From Myxococcota bacterium (GTDB taxonomy: Bacteria; Myxococcota_A; Polyangia; Polyangiales; Sandaracinaceae): a stretch of 64,000 nt of DNA. Under the pieces are notes generated by a model, which was not told the origin of the DNA, did no database searches, and worked only from the letters and a program-made list of their open reading frames with translations. Position numbers and translations under genes: made by a program. Positions 61,462 to 64,000 of this stretch are shown here, piece after piece. The DNA lies in assembly GCA_036149055.1 (NCBI GenBank), contig JAYZQJ010000182.1, positions 1 through 64,000 of the forward strand, written 5' to 3'. Every line of letters starts with the position of its first letter. Within the stretch, counting starts at the first letter, position 1.

Positions 61462-62901
61462 ATGACCGACCTGACCCTCCGCTTCCACTCCGACGCCGAC
61501 ATCGTGGCCGATCAGGTCGTGCTCACCGGCCTCGAGGGCCGCGAGGCGCTGGGCGCGCCGTACGCCTACGAGCTCTCGCTCGAGGTCCGGGCCGACAGCG
61601 GGTGGAGCGAGGCGGTCATCACCGAGCTCCTGACCAAGCCGGCGCACGTCACCATCGCCCACGGCGAGCTGGGCGAGCACGAGCTCCACGGGGTGCTGCG
61701 CCGGATCACGCTCGAGCCGATGCTCGAGCCGGACCGCGCCCTCTACCGCGCGACCCTGGTGCCCTCGCTCGCGCGCCTCGAGCTGGCCTCCGGCTCGCGC
61801 ATCTTCCAGGACCTCAGCGGGCCGGACGTGGCGATGAAGGTCCTCGCCCAGCACGGGATCACCTTCGAGGCGCGGCTGAGCGAGACCTACCCGGCGCGCG
61901 AGTACATCGTGCAGTACGAGGAGAGCGACCTCGCGTTCGTGCAGCGCCTGCTCGAGCACTGGGGCGTGACCTTCTTCTTCGAGCAGCTGCCCGACGGCGA
62001 GAAGATGGTGCTCGTCGACTCGGCCTCCGCCTACCTCGCGCTCGAGGGCTGGGAGACGGTGCCCTACGCGCTGCGGGAGGCTGGCTCGCGGGCCCAGGCG
62101 GGCACCATTCACGATCTCTCGCGGACCCGCGAGGTGCGGCCGGCCAAGGTCGACCTCAAGGACTGGAACTGGCGCCACCCGCAGGTCGTGCCGGAGGGCG
62201 AGGCCGACGCGGACGTCGAGGCGGGCGAGGGGACCGTCCATGCCTACGGCGAGCACATCAAGGACCCGGCCGAGGGGGCGTGGCTCGCGCGGGTGCGGGC
62301 CGAGGCGCTGATGGCCGACGCGGTGCGCTACCGGGGCGGCACCGACCTGCCGGCGCTCTCCCCCGGGCACAAGCTCCTGCTCAGCGGCTACCCGAGCGGT
62401 GACCTCGACATCGACTACCTGATCGTGGCGGTGGAGCAGCGCTTCCCCGACGCGGAGGGCGGCTACGAGAAGCGCTTCGAGGCGATGCCGCTCGAGGTGC
62501 CCTTCCGCCCGCGGCGCGTCACGCCCAGGCCGCGCATCTCGGGCTTCATGCACGCGGTGGTCGACGGCGAAGTGGACGGCGCGGCCGCGCCGATCGACGA
62601 GCACGGCCGCTACAAGCTCCTGTTGCCCTTCGACCGGCTGGCCGAGCCGGGCGGCCGAGCCTCGCGCTGGGTCCGCATGTCGCAGGCGTCGAGCGGCCCG
62701 GACTACGGCATGCACCTGCCGCTGCACATCGGCTGCGAGGTCGCGCTGATCCACGTGGACGGCGATCCCGACCGCCCGGTGATCCTCGGCGCGGTGCCCA
62801 ACGCCGACACGATGAGCCCGGTCACCCAGCTCGACGCGACCAAGAGCCGCATCCGGACCCGGAGCGGCATCCTCGTCGAGATGGAGGACGCCGGCGAGTG
62901 A
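61462..62901 (+). CDS. vgrG: Type VI secretion VgrG (gp27-like base plus gp5 OB-fold, no C-terminal needle)
   Basis: GREAL, RIFQD, REYIVQYEESDLAFVQRLLEHWG, IDEHGRYK, SRWVRM, DGDPDRPVILGAVPN. Confidence 0.9.
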   Translation: MTDLTLRFHSDADIVADQVVLTGLEGREALGAPYAYELSLEVRADSGWSEAVITELLTKPAHVTIAHGELGEHELHGVLRRITLEPMLEPDRALYRATLVPSLARLELASGSRIFQDLSGPDVAMKVLAQHGITFEARLSETYPAREYIVQYEESDLAFVQRLLEHWGVTFFFEQLPDGEKMVLVDSASAYLALEGWETVPYALREAGSRAQAGTIHDLSRTREVRPAKVDLKDWNWRHPQVVPEGEADADVEAGEGTVHAYGEHIKDPAEGAWLARVRAEALMADAVRYRGGTDLPALSPGHKLLLSGYPSGDLDIDYLIVAVEQRFPDAEGGYEKRFEAMPLEVPFRPRRVTPRPRISGFMHAVVDGEVDGAAAPIDEHGRYKLLLPFDRLAEPGGRASRWVRMSQASSGPDYGMHLPLHIGCEVALIHVDGDPDRPVILGAVPNADTMSPVTQLDATKSRIRTRSGILVEMEDAGE

Positions 62902-63999
62902 TCAGCTGAAGGACCAGTTGCCCTTGGCGGTGATCTTCGCCGCGGCCAGCCCGAGCTCCGACGCGCCCTGCTTCATCTTGATCTGCGTGCCCGACGCCTC
63001 GAGCGTCGCCGCGGCCGCGGTCAGCTCCGCCTTGCCCGCGCTCAGCTCGAGGGACGCGGTCGGCGCGCCGACGCTGACCGTGTTGGTCGCGGTGATCGAG
63101 ATGCCGGCGGTCGGGCTGAGCACGAGCTGCTGCGGGCCCGCCTTGAGCTTGATGACGCCGAGGGCGTCGATGGAGATCTCGCTCGCGCCCAGCGTGATCG
63201 TGTAACCGGTCACCGCCTCGTGCTCGACCGAGACCGCGCCGAGCGACATGGACTGCGTGATCGGGGTCGTCAGCGCGACGCCCGCGCTGCTGCCGATCGT
63301 GATGTCGCCGCCGTGCACGGTGACCGCGCCGCCGAGCCCGTGCGCGTTGGTCGACGCCTCGATCGCGACCTTGCCGCCGCTGGAGCTCGAGGCGTGCACG
63401 TTGATCTCGGACCCGGCGTTGAGGTTCACGTTGCCGGTGGACCCGGTGATGTTGACGTCGTCGATCGCCCAGATCGTCGCGTCGATGACGGCGAACATCG
63501 TCGGGTAGAGCGAGATGAGGCCGATGCCACCGACGCCGTAGATGGCGGTGTACGCCGGGCTGAAGATCGAGACGCCGGCGGCGCCGAAGATCGTCGCGCC
63601 GGGCAGCGCGCCCGCGGCGCCGCAGATCCCGACGATGGGGGCGCCGGCGGCGACGATGCTGCCGAAGATCTCGAGGCCGCGCTTGCCGTACCCCGAGGAG
63701 TCCCAGTCGTCCTTGGTGCTCTTGATCGCGTCGACGGCGAGGCCCACGCCGACCGCGATGTCGAGCGCGGTGAAGATGGTGGCCATCGTGTCGATGACCG
63801 CCGTGTCGGGCGCCTTGGCGATCCCGCTCCCCGACCCATCCAGCGGCAGACCGGCGGTGACGACCACGCCGCCTTCACCGGAGAGGTAGCTGGTGCCCCG
63901 CGAGCTGAGGATCGACGAGCCCGAGCCGTTGTTGTGGAGCCACACGTGGCTGTCGTCGTCGCTGCCGCCGTCCGACCAGAGGACGATGTCGTCGCCGGC
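62902..63999 (-). CDS. Partial gene (5' end outside window): VgrG-needle-like beta-repeat C-terminus with hydrophobic insert
   Basis: Frame open to the window edge (AGDDIVLWSDGG...); repeats such as SEISIDALGVIKLKAG, SLELSAGKAEL; hydrophobic Gly/Ala-rich helices. Confidence 0.55.
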   Translation of the reverse strand, partial: AGDDIVLWSDGGSDDDSHVWLHNNGSGSSILSSRGTSYLSGEGGVVVTAGLPLDGSGSGIAKAPDTAVIDTMATIFTALDIAVGVGLAVDAIKSTKDDWDSSGYGKRGLEIFGSIVAAGAPIVGICGAAGALPGATIFGAAGVSIFSPAYTAIYGVGGIGLISLYPTMFAVIDATIWAIDDVNITGSTGNVNLNAGSEINVHASSSSGGKVAIEASTNAHGLGGAVTVHGGDITIGSSAGVALTTPITQSMSLGAVSVEHEAVTGYTITLGASEISIDALGVIKLKAGPQQLVLSPTAGISITATNTVSVGAPTASLELSAGKAELTAAAATLEASGTQIKMKQGASELGLAAAKITAKGNWSFS

Positions 64000-64000
64000 C

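Overview
Very GC-rich chromosomal DNA, most consistent with a myxobacterium (Myxococcota, Polyangiales/Sandaracinaceae-like). This assignment is inferred from a MYXO-CTERM-type C-terminus, a Hanks-type kinase, two sigma54 two-component systems and codon style. About 55 real CDS are present; most long ORFs in the supplied track are GC-rich shadow ORFs. Main content: two sigma54 HK/RR modules, each with a divergent target promoter (one drives a HlyD/ABC/TolC efflux operon); SelO; a Ser/Thr kinase followed by two DUF4139-type genes; TrmB with a HerA-like ATPase; TerC; an Rv1683-like hydrolase/acyl-CoA synthetase fusion; a lipoprotein MsrB; three AIM24 genes coupled to a degenerate 5'-nucleotidase/beta-barrel fusion; class II ribonucleotide reductase (nrdJ) with NrdR-like boxes; a small aminotransferase/GT4/GH57/PhyH/CoA-ligase cluster; and a short VgrG facing a partial VgrG-needle-like gene. 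The main non-coding signal is a dispersed family of short arms built from three 8-mers plus AGAR (9 arms in 4 intergenic regions, as inverted pairs, direct pairs and a 125-bp tandem duplication), with further hexamer and heptamer-like repeats. No rRNA, tRNA, CRISPR array or transposase was recognised. All calls come from reading the sequence; no searches were run.
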